This document shows positions 12,551-23,816 of a DNA stretch of 64,000 bases, piece after piece. The notes below the pieces were generated by a model. That model was not told where the DNA came from. It saw nothing but the letters and a program-made list of their open reading frames with translations, and did not search any database. Both the position numbers and the translations under genes were made by a program. Numbering within the stretch: position 1 is the first letter of the stretch; each line of letters begins with the position of its first letter. The DNA is from Selaginella moellendorffii (lineage: Eukaryota > Plantae > Lycopodiophyta), in the NCBI RefSeq assembly GCF_000143415.4, contig NW_003314373.1:493150-557149 (forward strand), written 5' to 3'.

Positions 12551-13748
12551 TCTCAAAAGATGGTGGAGGCAAGGCATTTTCAGTCACTTTGATTATATTT
12601 TTGATTATATATATATTTTTTTAATTGAGTTTGTATAAAAGTTTATGCAGAATAGAAATGCAGACTACAGTTGGATATATATAAATTTCACAACTATGTA
12701 ATGATCTGAAAGGAAAATATTAGACTTTTGCGAAGCACACTCAAGAACAACAAAATAACTCCAATATTGTGTTTACCAATCTCTACCTCATAACCCACAG
12801 CTTTGCAATTTTGAGCTGCAGCCACAAGTGCTGCTCCTATGCCAGCATCAGGTTACCTGGCACAGCATCCCAGCACAGCATCGTTGAGACCGGCCCTCAA
12901 ACTCTTGGAAACTGGAACTAAATTTTAGATTCGACAGAAGCAGTATCGGACAGAAAAAAAATCTCATCATAGAATACAAAGATATTCAAACTTACAACTT
13001 ACCTCGATCTAAAAACGAAGCTAAACCAGGTGATGCTTGCGGTGGCACTTGCTACTTCTCCTTCTCTTTCAAGGAAAAGGATTTCCAAAACTTTAGGAGC
13101 AGTGCTAGCTGGCGCAGCCACTCAACAGCCCTACGTCAACTTGAAACACCTGGTTCCTACAAACGGAGTTGATCCCGAGCATGTGCTGAAATAAAAATCC
13201 CTCACAGGCCCAGCAGCAAGGATTCCTCGAGAGAATCCAGGGATGAAGAGGGAGTGTCCTTGATAATTGCTTTCCTGTAGGCCAAAGAGCTCATGAGGTA
13301 GTGGCGAATAAGGATCAAAGCTTTGCTGACTTGGAAATGAGCCAATTTGCCTCTCACAGTCCTGAGTTGATCCTGAGAAGAGCCTGGATTGTGTGCCCGA
13401 CTACCATTCTACTCGCCCCTGCTACTTACCAGGCACAGGCTCTCACGAAAAATGCCCACACAACCGTGTCTGACCAGAGCAGCCATGGAGCCCTAGGAGT
13501 GCATGGCATAACACTTGTCACCATGCCCTCTTCCCTTCCCGGCCACACGTGCATCCCGCCCATTGGCCACCACAACATTGAGCCGATATTCCCGCTAACC
13601 ATGGCCACCGGCCCTGGCCCGAGCCTGGGCTGGCCTCCCCTTGCCGAGAACCATGGCTTCCGAGGCTGCCCCGGGCCTGGGATTGGACGGCTGCAGGGGT
13701 GTGGGTTCTTCGTTCTTATTGTAAGATATAGTTTTTGATGAAAAGTTT

Positions 13749-14640
13749 TTAAAGCGCTGATTTTAGGGTTCTTGAGCTATGGAGCGACGATGCTTCACAG
13801 GCGCTGGACTTCTTCCGGGTACAGCGCATCGCGCGATTTTCTCTTTCGCGAGCTTGGAAATGTCAATCCAGGGGCGTTTGTGGCAGATTTTGGACACGCA
13901 ATGGCTCCTGGCACTGAGGAATTTGTCAATGGAGGATCTTCTTCTCCTTCCATCGCATATGAGAGTCCCTTCGGTCCTTTGTTTCTCGTGCATTGACGGC
14001 GGGGATGGAAGGCCTTAGGATTGCTGGCCCAAGACGCTCCAGGATTTGCTCTCTCGAGAGGTGAAGGAGACCTCAAAGGTAATTCTTTTCGCAAAACCTT
14101 GTCATTGACAATGTTTCTTAGCTTCTCTCAGGAAGTGTTTTAACGCATGGCGTGAACGCCAGGAAACCATGAGGTATGCATCTCCTTCAATCCATCGATC
14201 GTTTTTGAGAAAACTCGCGTTTAGATTCTTTCCAGATTGAAGGACTTTCTTCGTTGGTGGTAAACGCGTCGAACGATACTAGCCATTCTTGTCAACCGTT
14301 TCAAAGCATCGTGCCACACAAAACCGCAACCTTTCTCGGCGACGAGGACGTGTAGCTGGATGCATTCTTGTCGTCCATTAGAATTCGCGAGCAACGTAAG
14401 CCATGACTGCATGCCTGTGGAGATCTCTTGGCGAACATGTTGAGGTGAGGAGCGTAAGTTCTTGAAACACTGGGGCAGGACCTCTGTAAATCGCCAGGAC
14501 GTCACGGCGGTGATCTCTGTTTGGTGTTGCTAGAATTTGTTATCCGAGAACGACGACGGTGCGAGCAAGTGTGGCTTCCCTTTGAGCAGAGGCATGAAGA
14601 GATTGAACTTGCGTCTCGGTGGAGCTGGACGTGATCTTGT
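13749..14640 (+). pseudogene. Deleted copy of the METTL25/RRNAD1-like methyltransferase
   Basis: Collinear similarity to 19680-21010 with many internal deletions. Confidence 0.85.
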
Positions 14641-15053
14641 GATACAATCTCAATGCCGTTATTTTGTTCCTTCGTTCCTTTGTGCCGATCCCCGAGGAAG
14701 TGGAATTTTTTAAAAATGCTTGGCTTCTTTTGATTCTTTTTCAGCTCCGAAGTCAAGAAGAAAACCTATTGCTCTTCCTAATTGTGTGACTTCTCGTGGA
14801 ATCGATGGTGTATCTGGGGAAGATTAAGGAGCTTCTACTTCCTGAAGTTTTATATTAACAAGAATACCCCTCGGGATTTAGTGTTCCAAACCCAGTTTGA
14901 ATCGAGAGGATCTATAAATCAAAACATTTTGGTTCAAAGGACCTTTTATTCATGTTTTTGTGGAATCGTTAAAAATACTATAGGAACTTTCAGAAGAACC
15001 TACATAGAGCCACAGCGACTTGCTATTTATTAATCACAAGAAAGAAGTCAAAA

Positions 15054-16804
15054 TCAAGCATACTGAATGGAAGCCCCCTTGAATGTGAAGCCAGTCTGTC
15101 CGGTCGGCACCAGAGTCACAACGAGCTTGTCCGCTGACTTTAGGCCCAGGATCTCGACATTAGCCTTGATAGAGAAGGTGATGTTCACGATCTCGGTGTG
15201 CTCACCGCTCTTGAGAATGAAGTGGGGGACGTTGGAATAAGAGCCCACGTACTCGGCACAGCTGACGCGCGTGTTCTTGTTGGCCTCGGGCAGGTTGATG
15301 AACGCGTTGAAGCTCATGGGTAATTGCATGTCAATCTCCATGCCCTCCAGCACCAGGATCTCGTCACAAGCGCTGCCTTTGGGCTGATCCACCGTGATTG
15401 TCACCGGCTCCGTTCGAACTTCCAAGGCCTCCGGGTTCTCAGCTGATGCTTTCACCAGCCGATACTCATACGACGATCCACTCCAGGGCGTCTGTTTCAG
15501 TGGCTTGGGCTCGTAGGCGATCCAGCTCTTGTCGTCAGGCATCGCCTGGTACTTGTACTTGAGCATCTTCTCGTTGTTGAGGGAATCTTTCACCTTGACG
15601 CGAACGAGATCTTGGTTCTCGTCAAAGAAGAGGAACTCGGTGTTGAGGTAGTCCGGGTCTGTGAAGTCCTTGTTTCCCAGAGACCTCCACACGTCCCACA
15701 TCCGATCGACGTTACCGTGGTGGCAGTAGAAGAGAGGGTCTCTACCGGCCGAGTAGAAGTTGCCCATGTCCTCGTAACCCGGCTCCTTGGGGCTGCCGCA
15801 AAATATGTGCAGAGCATTATGTGGCGCCCTCTCCACGCCCCCTGGGCCATTCACGCTGCTGCTGCCTTTCCTGCAAGTATATATGGCTGCTAAAATGGAA
15901 GCGCATGGGAATGCACGTACCTGATGGGGTAGCCAAAGAACGCGTCCGGCTGCTTCACCTTTGCGACGTTGTTGTACATGATTGAGAGGTTGTCCTCGCG
16001 GATCTGCTCGTCGCTCTTCCCATCAGAGCCGGAGTAGATGAGGTCCACCCGTGTGTCATAGTGACTCGTGTCGCGCTTTTTGTCGTAGAGGGCGATCTCG
16101 CGGCGAAACATGTCTGGGATATACCTCCCGCCCTCCTGGTCCCAGCTCCAGAATGGGAGCGCAAAACTAGGATCCCCGATCAGGCTCCCCAAGATCTTCT
16201 CGTGGAAGTAGAGATACCAGCGGTGCCACGGCAGGAAGAGCCAGTTGAAGTGGATCTGGAGCGTCTGCTTTGGGGCGCCCTCCTGGCGGTAGCCATAGTT
16301 GCAGTAGGCGCAGTGGACTTTGGCCTGATGACGTAAGCTGCGCGGGTCGCCCCGGCTGAGGGCGCGCATCTTGGCGTAGGCCTCGTTGTACTTGGCGATG
16401 TAGTCCTTGTCGACGAGGTGGGCAGCGGGGCGGACGCGCATCGGGCCTGAGTCGGGCTTGAAGTCGATGGTGGCGCGCTTGGGCTGTGGGGGGCAGCACC
16501 GCCGGTTGATGTCGTCGCTGATGGTGGCGCGGTGGCAGTGCTTGAACGAGGGCAGTCCTAGCGGATCCGCCAGCGCGGGGCTGTCGACTGATGGGGCGAG
16601 AGACGCACCACCGGCAATGGCCCCGGCCAGGAGCTCGCGGCGATCGATCGAGGGCGTCACAGGGGAGGAGTTAGAGTTACACGCATTGGCTTCTTTCCTG
16701 GCGTTGGCGGCGATCTTGAGCGGACGCGTGCGGGACGGGCGCTGGAGCTCGAGGCGATCGATCGACAGTGCCACCATCCCAGACATGCTCGGTAGCGAAT
16801 ACAT
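15054..16804 (-). CDS. PPO: Polyphenol oxidase (type-3 copper), 2 exons, intron 15871-15920
   Basis: Transit peptide with twin-Arg DRRELL. CuA HCAYC..HFNWLFLPWHRWYLYFHE. CuB HNALH..DMGNFYSAGRDPLFYCHHGNVDRMW. DWL-like and KFDV-like C-terminal domains. A 50-nt GT-AG intron restores the frame. Confidence 0.95.
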
Positions 16805-16848
16805 TGTCAAAGAAGGCAGCTATACAACACATAGCAGTTGATACTTGC

Positions 16849-16856
16849 TTTTATAG
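16849..16856 (-). promoter_or_regulatory. TATA box of the intact PPO
   Basis: CTATAAAA on the minus strand, about 45 nt upstream of the ATG. Confidence 0.55.
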
Positions 16857-17060
16857 GGGCGCTCTTGCATGGATCTCGTGTGTAATGTGAACACTTCCGG
16901 ATTTTTCTGCTAGGGGAGTTGACACTGGAGCTTTTGACACATGCATGCACGAGCGATTGAATTTAATAAACCAATTATTAAGTATCATTGTTAGTCAAGT
17001 GGGACACTACAAGTGTCCAACTTGATTAACATCACTTAGTCACTTAAAATGATATTTTAT

Positions 17061-17208
17061 AATGGCTCCTGGCACTGAGGAATTTGTCAATGGAGGACTT
17101 CTTCTCTTTCCATCGCATATGAGAGTCCCTTAGATCCTTTGTTTCTCGTGCATTGACGGTTGGGATGGAAGGCTTTAGGATTGCTGGCCCAAGACGCTCC
17201 AGGATTTG
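17061..17208 (+). pseudogene. Second short METTL25-like fragment
   Basis: Near-identical to 13900-14048. Confidence 0.8.
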
Positions 17209-17408
17209 GAGATGCACATTTTTCTCGAGAGCTCAAAGTTTGAATATCCAAGTTTTATCGAGAGAATCTATATAAACATTTTGGTTCAAAGAACCTTTTA
17301 TTCATGTTTTGATTTGTTTTTGTGGAATCGTTAAAAATACTATAGGAACTTTCAGAAGAACCTACGCAGCAACTTGCTATTTATTAATCACAAGAAAGAA
17401 GTCGAAAT

Positions 17409-19080
17409 GAAGCATACTGAATGAAAGCCCCATTGAATGTGAAGCCACCCTCTCCAGTCGGTCACAACGAGCTTGTTAGGCCCAGGATCTCCACATTAGC
17501 CTTGATAGAGAAGGTGGCGTTCACGATCTCGGTGTGCCCCTTACCGATGTCGGACATGAAGTGGGGAACGTTGGAATAAGTGCCCACGTACTCGGCACAG
17601 CTGACGCGCGTGTTCTTGTTAGCCTCGGGCAGGTTGATGAACGCGTTGAAGCTGATGGCGGATCGCATGTCAATCTCCATGTCCTCCAGCACCAGGATCT
17701 CGTCAGAACCGCTGCCTTTGGGCTGATCCACCGTGATCGTCACCGGCTCCGCTTCAACTTTCAAGGCCTCGGGGTTCTCAGCTGACGCTTTCACCAGCCG
17801 GTACTCATATGACGATCCACTCCAGGGCGTCTGTTTCAGTGGCTTGGGCTCGTAGGCGGTCCAGCTCTTGTCGTCAGGCATCGCCTGGTACTTGTACTTG
17901 AGCATCTTCTCGTTGTTGAGGGAATCTTTCACCTTGACGCGAACGAGATCTTGGTTCTCGTCAAAGAAGAGGAACTCGGTGTTGAGGTAGTCCGAGTCTG
18001 TGAAGTCCTTGTTTCTCAGGGACCTCCACACGTCCCACATCCGATCGACGTTACCGTGGTGGCTGTAGAAGAGAGGGTCTCTACCGGCCGAGTCACCGCT
18101 GGTATCTCTACTTCCACGAGAAGATCTTGGGGAGCCTGATCGGGGATCCTAGTTTTGCGCTCCCATTCTGGAGCTGGGACCAGGAGGGCGGGAGGTACAT
18201 CCCAGACATGTTTCGCCGCGAGACCGCCCTCTACGACGCAAAGCGCAACACGAGTCACTATGAGCCCACACGGGTGGACCTCATCTACTCGCCCGGCTCT
18301 GATGTCAAGAGCGACAAGCAGATCCGCGAGGACAACCTCTCAGTCATGTACAACAACGTCGCAAAGGTGAAGCAGCCGGACGCATTCTTTGGCGTCAGGT
18401 ACGTGCATTCCCATGCATGCGCTCCATTTTAGCAGCCATATATACTTGCAGGAAAGGCAGCGGCAGCAAGAATGGCCCAGGGGGCGTGGAGAGGGCGCCA
18501 CATAATGCAGCCCTGACCAGCCGAATTTCGAGGACATGGGCAACTTTTGGGGCGCCCTCCTGGCGGTAGCCATAGTTGCAGTAGACGCAGTGGACGTTGG
18601 CCTGCTGCCGGAAGCTGCGCGGGTCGTCCGGGCCGAGGGCGCGCATCTTGGCGTAGGCCTCGTTGTACTTGGCGATGTAGTCCTTGTCGACGAGGTGGGC
18701 GGCGGGGCGGACGCGCATCGGGCGCGAGTCGGGCTTGAAATCGATGGTGGCGCGCTTGGGCTTTGGCGGGCAGCACGCCCCGCTGATGTCGCCGCTGATG
18801 ATGGCGGGCTGGCAGCGCTTGAATGTGGGCAGTCCTATCGGATCCGCCAGCCGGGGCTGTCGACTGACGAGGCGAGAGACGCGCCACCGGCAATGGCCCC
18901 GGCCAGGAGCTCGCGGCGATCGATCGAGGGCGTCACAGGGGAGGAGTTAGAGTTACATGCATTGGCTTCTTTCCTGGCGTTGGCGGCGATCTTGAGCAGA
19001 CGCGTGCGGGACGGGTGCTGGAGCTCGAGGCGATCGATCGACAGTACCACCATCCCAGGCGTGCTCGGTAGCGAATACAT
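17409..19080 (-). pseudogene. PPO pseudogene with internal inversion (about 18094-18547)
   Basis: Minus-strand 5' and 3' parts flank a plus-strand block (HRWYLYFHE...EDMGNF, including the intron). There is an N-terminal 1-nt frameshift, and deletions remove one CuA and one CuB His. Confidence 0.92.
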
Positions 19081-19706
19081 TGTCAAAGGAGGCAGCTATA
19101 CAACACACAAGAGTTGATACTTGGTTTTAAAGGGGCGCTCTTGCGATGGCTCTCGTGTCTAATGTGGACGTTGCAACTCATACCCAAGCTTGGATGACTT
19201 TGCTGGCTCCGCAGCATTATTGTGGACCTGATCCATTCATTCATATGCTGTTTACAAGGTACTACGCGCGCCCGCCCCCCCAATGAAGCATGAATCCGAC
19301 CGGTTTAGGAAAGTTGCATGGATAATGTCCGTCGACCTTCTTGCTTCAATGGCGTCCACGTCTTCGGCCCGCCACCTTTTTCCGGTGTCCGTCTTATGTG
19401 ATCTGGTCCTCAGCTGTCAGTCACGGACTCATAAATAGCTCTTCTACAAACATTTTTTTCATTTAATTGAAGACTCAGCTCCTGACATACGGCGTGAAAC
19501 ACCAACGAAAATAGAGCCCCAACAATGTCCACATAGAAATATGAGAATTCGAATTGCTGTAAAAGAACATGTAAAGTTTGATCTTGGCATTGCTTCAAGA
19601 GACAGCCAATTCATCAAAACAAACATGCTGATACACCTAGTGAAGAATAAACATACTAAAACAATATCAAATTTTTTAAAGCCCTGATTTTAGGGTTTTT
19701 GAGCTT

Positions 19707-21746
19707 ATGGAGTGGGAGGAAGAGAGGATAGTGGCGCATCTGGAGGTGCTCGTCGCATTTCTGCGTCGCCACGAGCGCCTGTGGAGAGCGCACGTCGTGG
19801 AATTCTTCCAGGTATGGCGCATTGCGCGACTTTCCCATTTGCGAGCTTAGAAATTTATGCCAATGCAGGGGCGTTTGTGGGAGATTCTGGACACGCGATG
19901 GCTCCTGGCGCTGAGGAGTGCGTCGATGGAGGATCTTCTTCTCCTTCCATCGCATATTTCCAAGGTGAGAGAGAGAAACTCTCGATTCTTTGTTTCTCGC
20001 GCATTAATGGATGGCAAGGAATTGTGGCTTTAGGATTGCTGGCCCAAGACGCTCCAGGATTTTCTTGCAGACGCGCGCTCGCTCTCTCTTTCTCGAGAGC
20101 TGATGGAGACCTCAAAGGTATTTCCCTTCACAAAACCTTGTCATTCACAACGTTTCTTAGCTTCTCTCAGGCGAATCGCTTCCAAGTGTTATAACGCAGG
20201 GCGTGAACGCCAAAAAACTCCACGAGGTATGTCACTCCTCTCCATCGATCGTCTTTGAGAAGACCCGCGTTTAGATTCTTTCCAGATTGAAAGACTTTCT
20301 TCGTTGATAGTAAACATCTCTCGCGTTGTCAACGCTACAGAAATCGTGGACGTCGGTGCTGGCCAGGTAAACATCCATCATTCTCCGGTGTATCATTCAC
20401 GGGCATTTTGTTTCTTCCTAGGGGTATCTTGCGCAAGTCTTGGCGTTCCACCACAAACTTCCAGTAGTCGCAGTAGATTGCTCGGCGCACAACACAACCG
20501 TGACAAACAAACGCGCCGACCGCATCCAAAGATACTACGCTTCTCGCTCCGGTAAGCTTGAGTTGGTGCCATTCTTGTCAACCGTTTCAAAGCATCGTGC
20601 TACACACAGGTCGTGCTGCAAACCCGGGCCCCAAGACCGCAACCTGTCTCCTTGGATCGGGCAACGAGAATGTGTCGCTGGATGCATTCCTGTCGTCCAT
20701 CAGCATCCGCAAGGAAGACGAGCAACGTAGCCACGAACAACACTCCATTGTCTTGGCCGGACTGCATGCCTGTGGAGATCTCTCGGCGAACATGTTGAGG
20801 TGAGGAGCTCGTGCTCGTCCGTAAGTTTGTCACTCTGTAAACTCTGGGTGTGTTGGCAGGACCTTTGTGAATCGCCAGGACGTCACGGCAGTAATCTCTG
20901 TTGGGTGTTGCTACAATTTGTTGTCCGAGAACGACGACAAGTGTGGCTTCCCTTTGAGCAGAGGCATGAAGAGATTGAACTTGCGTCTCGGTGGAGCTGG
21001 ACGTGATCTTGGATGCCAGGTGATCAGTCCCTTGACTTCCCTGTAAAAAGCTAACAATGGATACTTGTAGAGTGCTCACCGCTGGAAAGATATTGGTTGC
21101 GAGATGGCCGTGGCAAACTTCGACGTGCATGCATTCCGGGCTGCTTTTCAGATCGTGAGTGATCTTAATCCGCTCGTTTCTCCTGGTTTACAAACTGGTG
21201 GCGTGCGCAGCTCCTCCATCGCTTTTACCCCGGCATTGCCGTCACCAGTCCTTCGGTCGGTCGCATCGGCAAAGCAAAGCGTCGCAAGCAAATGCGAAAG
21301 CCAAGCTCTGAGTGCCAAGCATGCCACGGGAAAGGTGGCGACGACGCTGGAAAATTCGTGGCGTTCCAGCACTACTCCGCCGAGGCTCTCAAACGACTTG
21401 GCCTTCCCGAGGTCTCGCGGGAGGACTTGGCTGAGATCTGGAAAGAAGTGGAGCCGTTTCAGGTACGCGAGCTTTCTTGGCAGTGGTAGTACTTTACCTC
21501 TCGGTTTCAATGCAGGCACTTGTTGCTCCTTTCTGGTCGTTGAGAAGCGCCATAGCTCCGGTGCTGGAGACGTTGCTACTGATGGACAGGCTGCTCTATC
21601 TCAAAGAACAGGAAAGTGAAGTTCCGTCTTTCAGCGCCATGCTGCTGCCGGTGTTCGACCCTTCTGTATCGCCGCGTAACATGGCAGTTGTTGCTACGAG
21701 GAGAAAATCCGGAGACAAAACTAGTAGTGAGAGCCTGCTTGGCTGA
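19707..21746 (+). CDS. METTL25/RRNAD1-like SAM-dependent methyltransferase, multi-exon
   Basis: Motifs VDVGAGQGYL, AGLHACGDLS, SVGCCYNLL, FPLS and FDP.VSPRN across short GT-AG introns. Confidence 0.85.
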
Positions 21747-22594
21747 TTCGCTGCTCTGCTTCACGGACAAAATCTCTTTCGTTCTGCCAACGAGTTACGT
21801 CCACAAAGACACAAAACGAGAAGCTATAGAGACGTACATGGCAGAATCCAAAGAGTTAAGAAACACCGGTGTTTGTTGCTGCCGGAATTCAGCCTTTGCT
21901 GATGGATGGACCTGTTGTGCTCTGTCGATCATAACTTTGGCCAGAATGATTTGTATGAATGTCCTGGCTATGCCCACTGGGCTCCCGAAACCTCCGGGAG
22001 CCAGAGGTCCGGTGGCCACCCCACCCTGTTCTCTCTATATACATGAGCATCTCATTCTCAGCTATCATGGGATCAGATTTTCTGTAGCTGATCCTGATGA
22101 TCCATCATGCTCCCAGTGACTGATCAACTACAAGCGATACCTCCGGGTTCATGGCGACATGACGAACGGTAGCAGCAGCGCATTCAGCTCGCTGACCTTG
22201 AAATAGTTTGTGCGCAAGGATGTCGTTGAAAAATCGTCGTGGATCGAGCCATCATGAAGAACAAAGAAAGGAGTGAAATGCAAAATCTTGTGCCGGTCCT
22301 TGCAGATTCATTGTTCGCATTGCCATCTTCAGATCCATGGCTACAACACTCACGAATTGATATATCCAGAGTAAACTAAACATTATATTAAAATATTTCA
22401 TCACTTACTGGCCGTTTTTAGAATAGCTCTGGAATTAAAATATTTCGAGCCAAAAGAAGAGAAAGATCCGTGCTTTGAACAAAAGAGCGGGAGGGTCACA
22501 ACGTTCGTAACGAATATACGTTTCGTACTATTTAAGCCATTCCAAGATTATACCCACGAATATACGTTTCGTACTGCCCTGTGTTTAGGGTTTT

Positions 22595-23611
22595 TCAACT
22601 TGGCGTGATCTTGGGGAGCCAAGCAAACATTCTCTTCCAGCCAACATACACGCCCTCGATCACCAATGCAGCCAAATCCGAGGGGGGATAGACCTTAAAC
22701 TCGGCCAGGGCCTCTTCAGTCACGCAATACTTGTCAATCGATCCTTCCATGAGCGGGAATTCGTGCTTCTCCTGCGCTCGAGCAAAGCACTCGTAGTACG
22801 CGCGCTTGTCCACGAAAGGAGGCTCCTCTTCCCTATCCGTAACGAACAAAACATTCGGGAAAGGCATCACGCTCCGGAGGATCGCAGCGAGAAGAACACG
22901 CCCGATCCGCCCATTCCCATCGCGAAACGGGTGGATCCGCTCAAACTCAAAGAAGAATCTGGCTCCAAACTTGAGCAAATCCTCGGTTTGCTCCACACTG
23001 ATCAAGCTTTCTTCCTGGCTCGCCGGGAACATCTCCTCGAGCTCGCGATTCGCGTCCTCGACCAGCTTCTCCAGCGAGCTCTCCACTTGGGTCGGCCACG
23101 TAAAGACGTGAAGGCCGCCAGTCACCATTCTTGTGTAGGCAATCTCGTGGGGATCCTTGCGGAGGCGAGCTGCGATCTTGGGCTTGGTGCTCCTCATGAG
23201 CTCGCCGTGGGCCTCCAAGATCTTGGGAACACTCAGCTTTGGGATCACGATCCCATGGTGGGCTTGATCATCATCTCCTTCTAGCGGCGGAAACATCGCT
23301 CGCAGTGACTTGTGGAGGCAGCGCACGGCCTCGAGCCTGGAATCCGACTGAACGGCGTCTCCCAACGCGAGCGCCCCATTGCAAAAGATGGCATCCCGGG
23401 TCTCGGCGTAGGTGTCGAATCCTTCTTGCTCGATCTTGTTTACCTGGAAAAGATACTGCGCCAATGCTTCCTTTGCGTGAATCTCCATCGCCCAGCGCTG
23501 CTGCTTGTCCGGGAGGCGCTTGAATCTATCCACAAACGCGTGGATTCTTACCACTTGATCGCTTGTGCTCGCCCTCCAGAAAGGAACCTGGGATGCCGCG
23601 TACTTCCACAT
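22595..23611 (-). CDS. Fic/Fido-domain protein (putative adenylyltransferase), intronless
   Basis: 338-aa ORF with the canonical Fic motif HPFRDGNGRIGR, preceded by FFFEFERI. Upstream helix ILEAHGELM and a possible inhibitory helix QVNKIEQEG. Confidence 0.9.
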   Translation of the reverse strand: MWKYAASQVPFWRASTSDQVVRIHAFVDRFKRLPDKQQRWAMEIHAKEALAQYLFQVNKIEQEGFDTYAETRDAIFCNGALALGDAVQSDSRLEAVRCLHKSLRAMFPPLEGDDDQAHHGIVIPKLSVPKILEAHGELMRSTKPKIAARLRKDPHEIAYTRMVTGGLHVFTWPTQVESSLEKLVEDANRELEEMFPASQEESLISVEQTEDLLKFGARFFFEFERIHPFRDGNGRIGRVLLAAILRSVMPFPNVLFVTDREEEPPFVDKRAYYECFARAQEKHEFPLMEGSIDKYCVTEEALAEFKVYPPSDLAALVIEGVYVGWKRMFAWLPKITPS

Positions 23612-23816
23612 AGATATTGAAGAACCCTAAAATTCCACGTCAGCTCTTTAATCCTAGAACCAGGATCTTTTGAGTGCTCAAAGTCGCTTTAAAGTAAACG
23701 CCCTGTTAAAAGTGCGGTCGCCATACCTTTATCTCCAGCTCACGCATTTCACGCACTCTGGGAAGAAGCACACACACCATAGCTTGCGCTCGGTTGGATC
23801 GTTTGTAAGTACAAGC

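Noticed and set aside
21795-22340. Small gene between the methyltransferase and Fic (possible antitoxin)
   Set aside because: No coherent ORF, splice model or (S/T)xxxE(G/N) motif could be supported.
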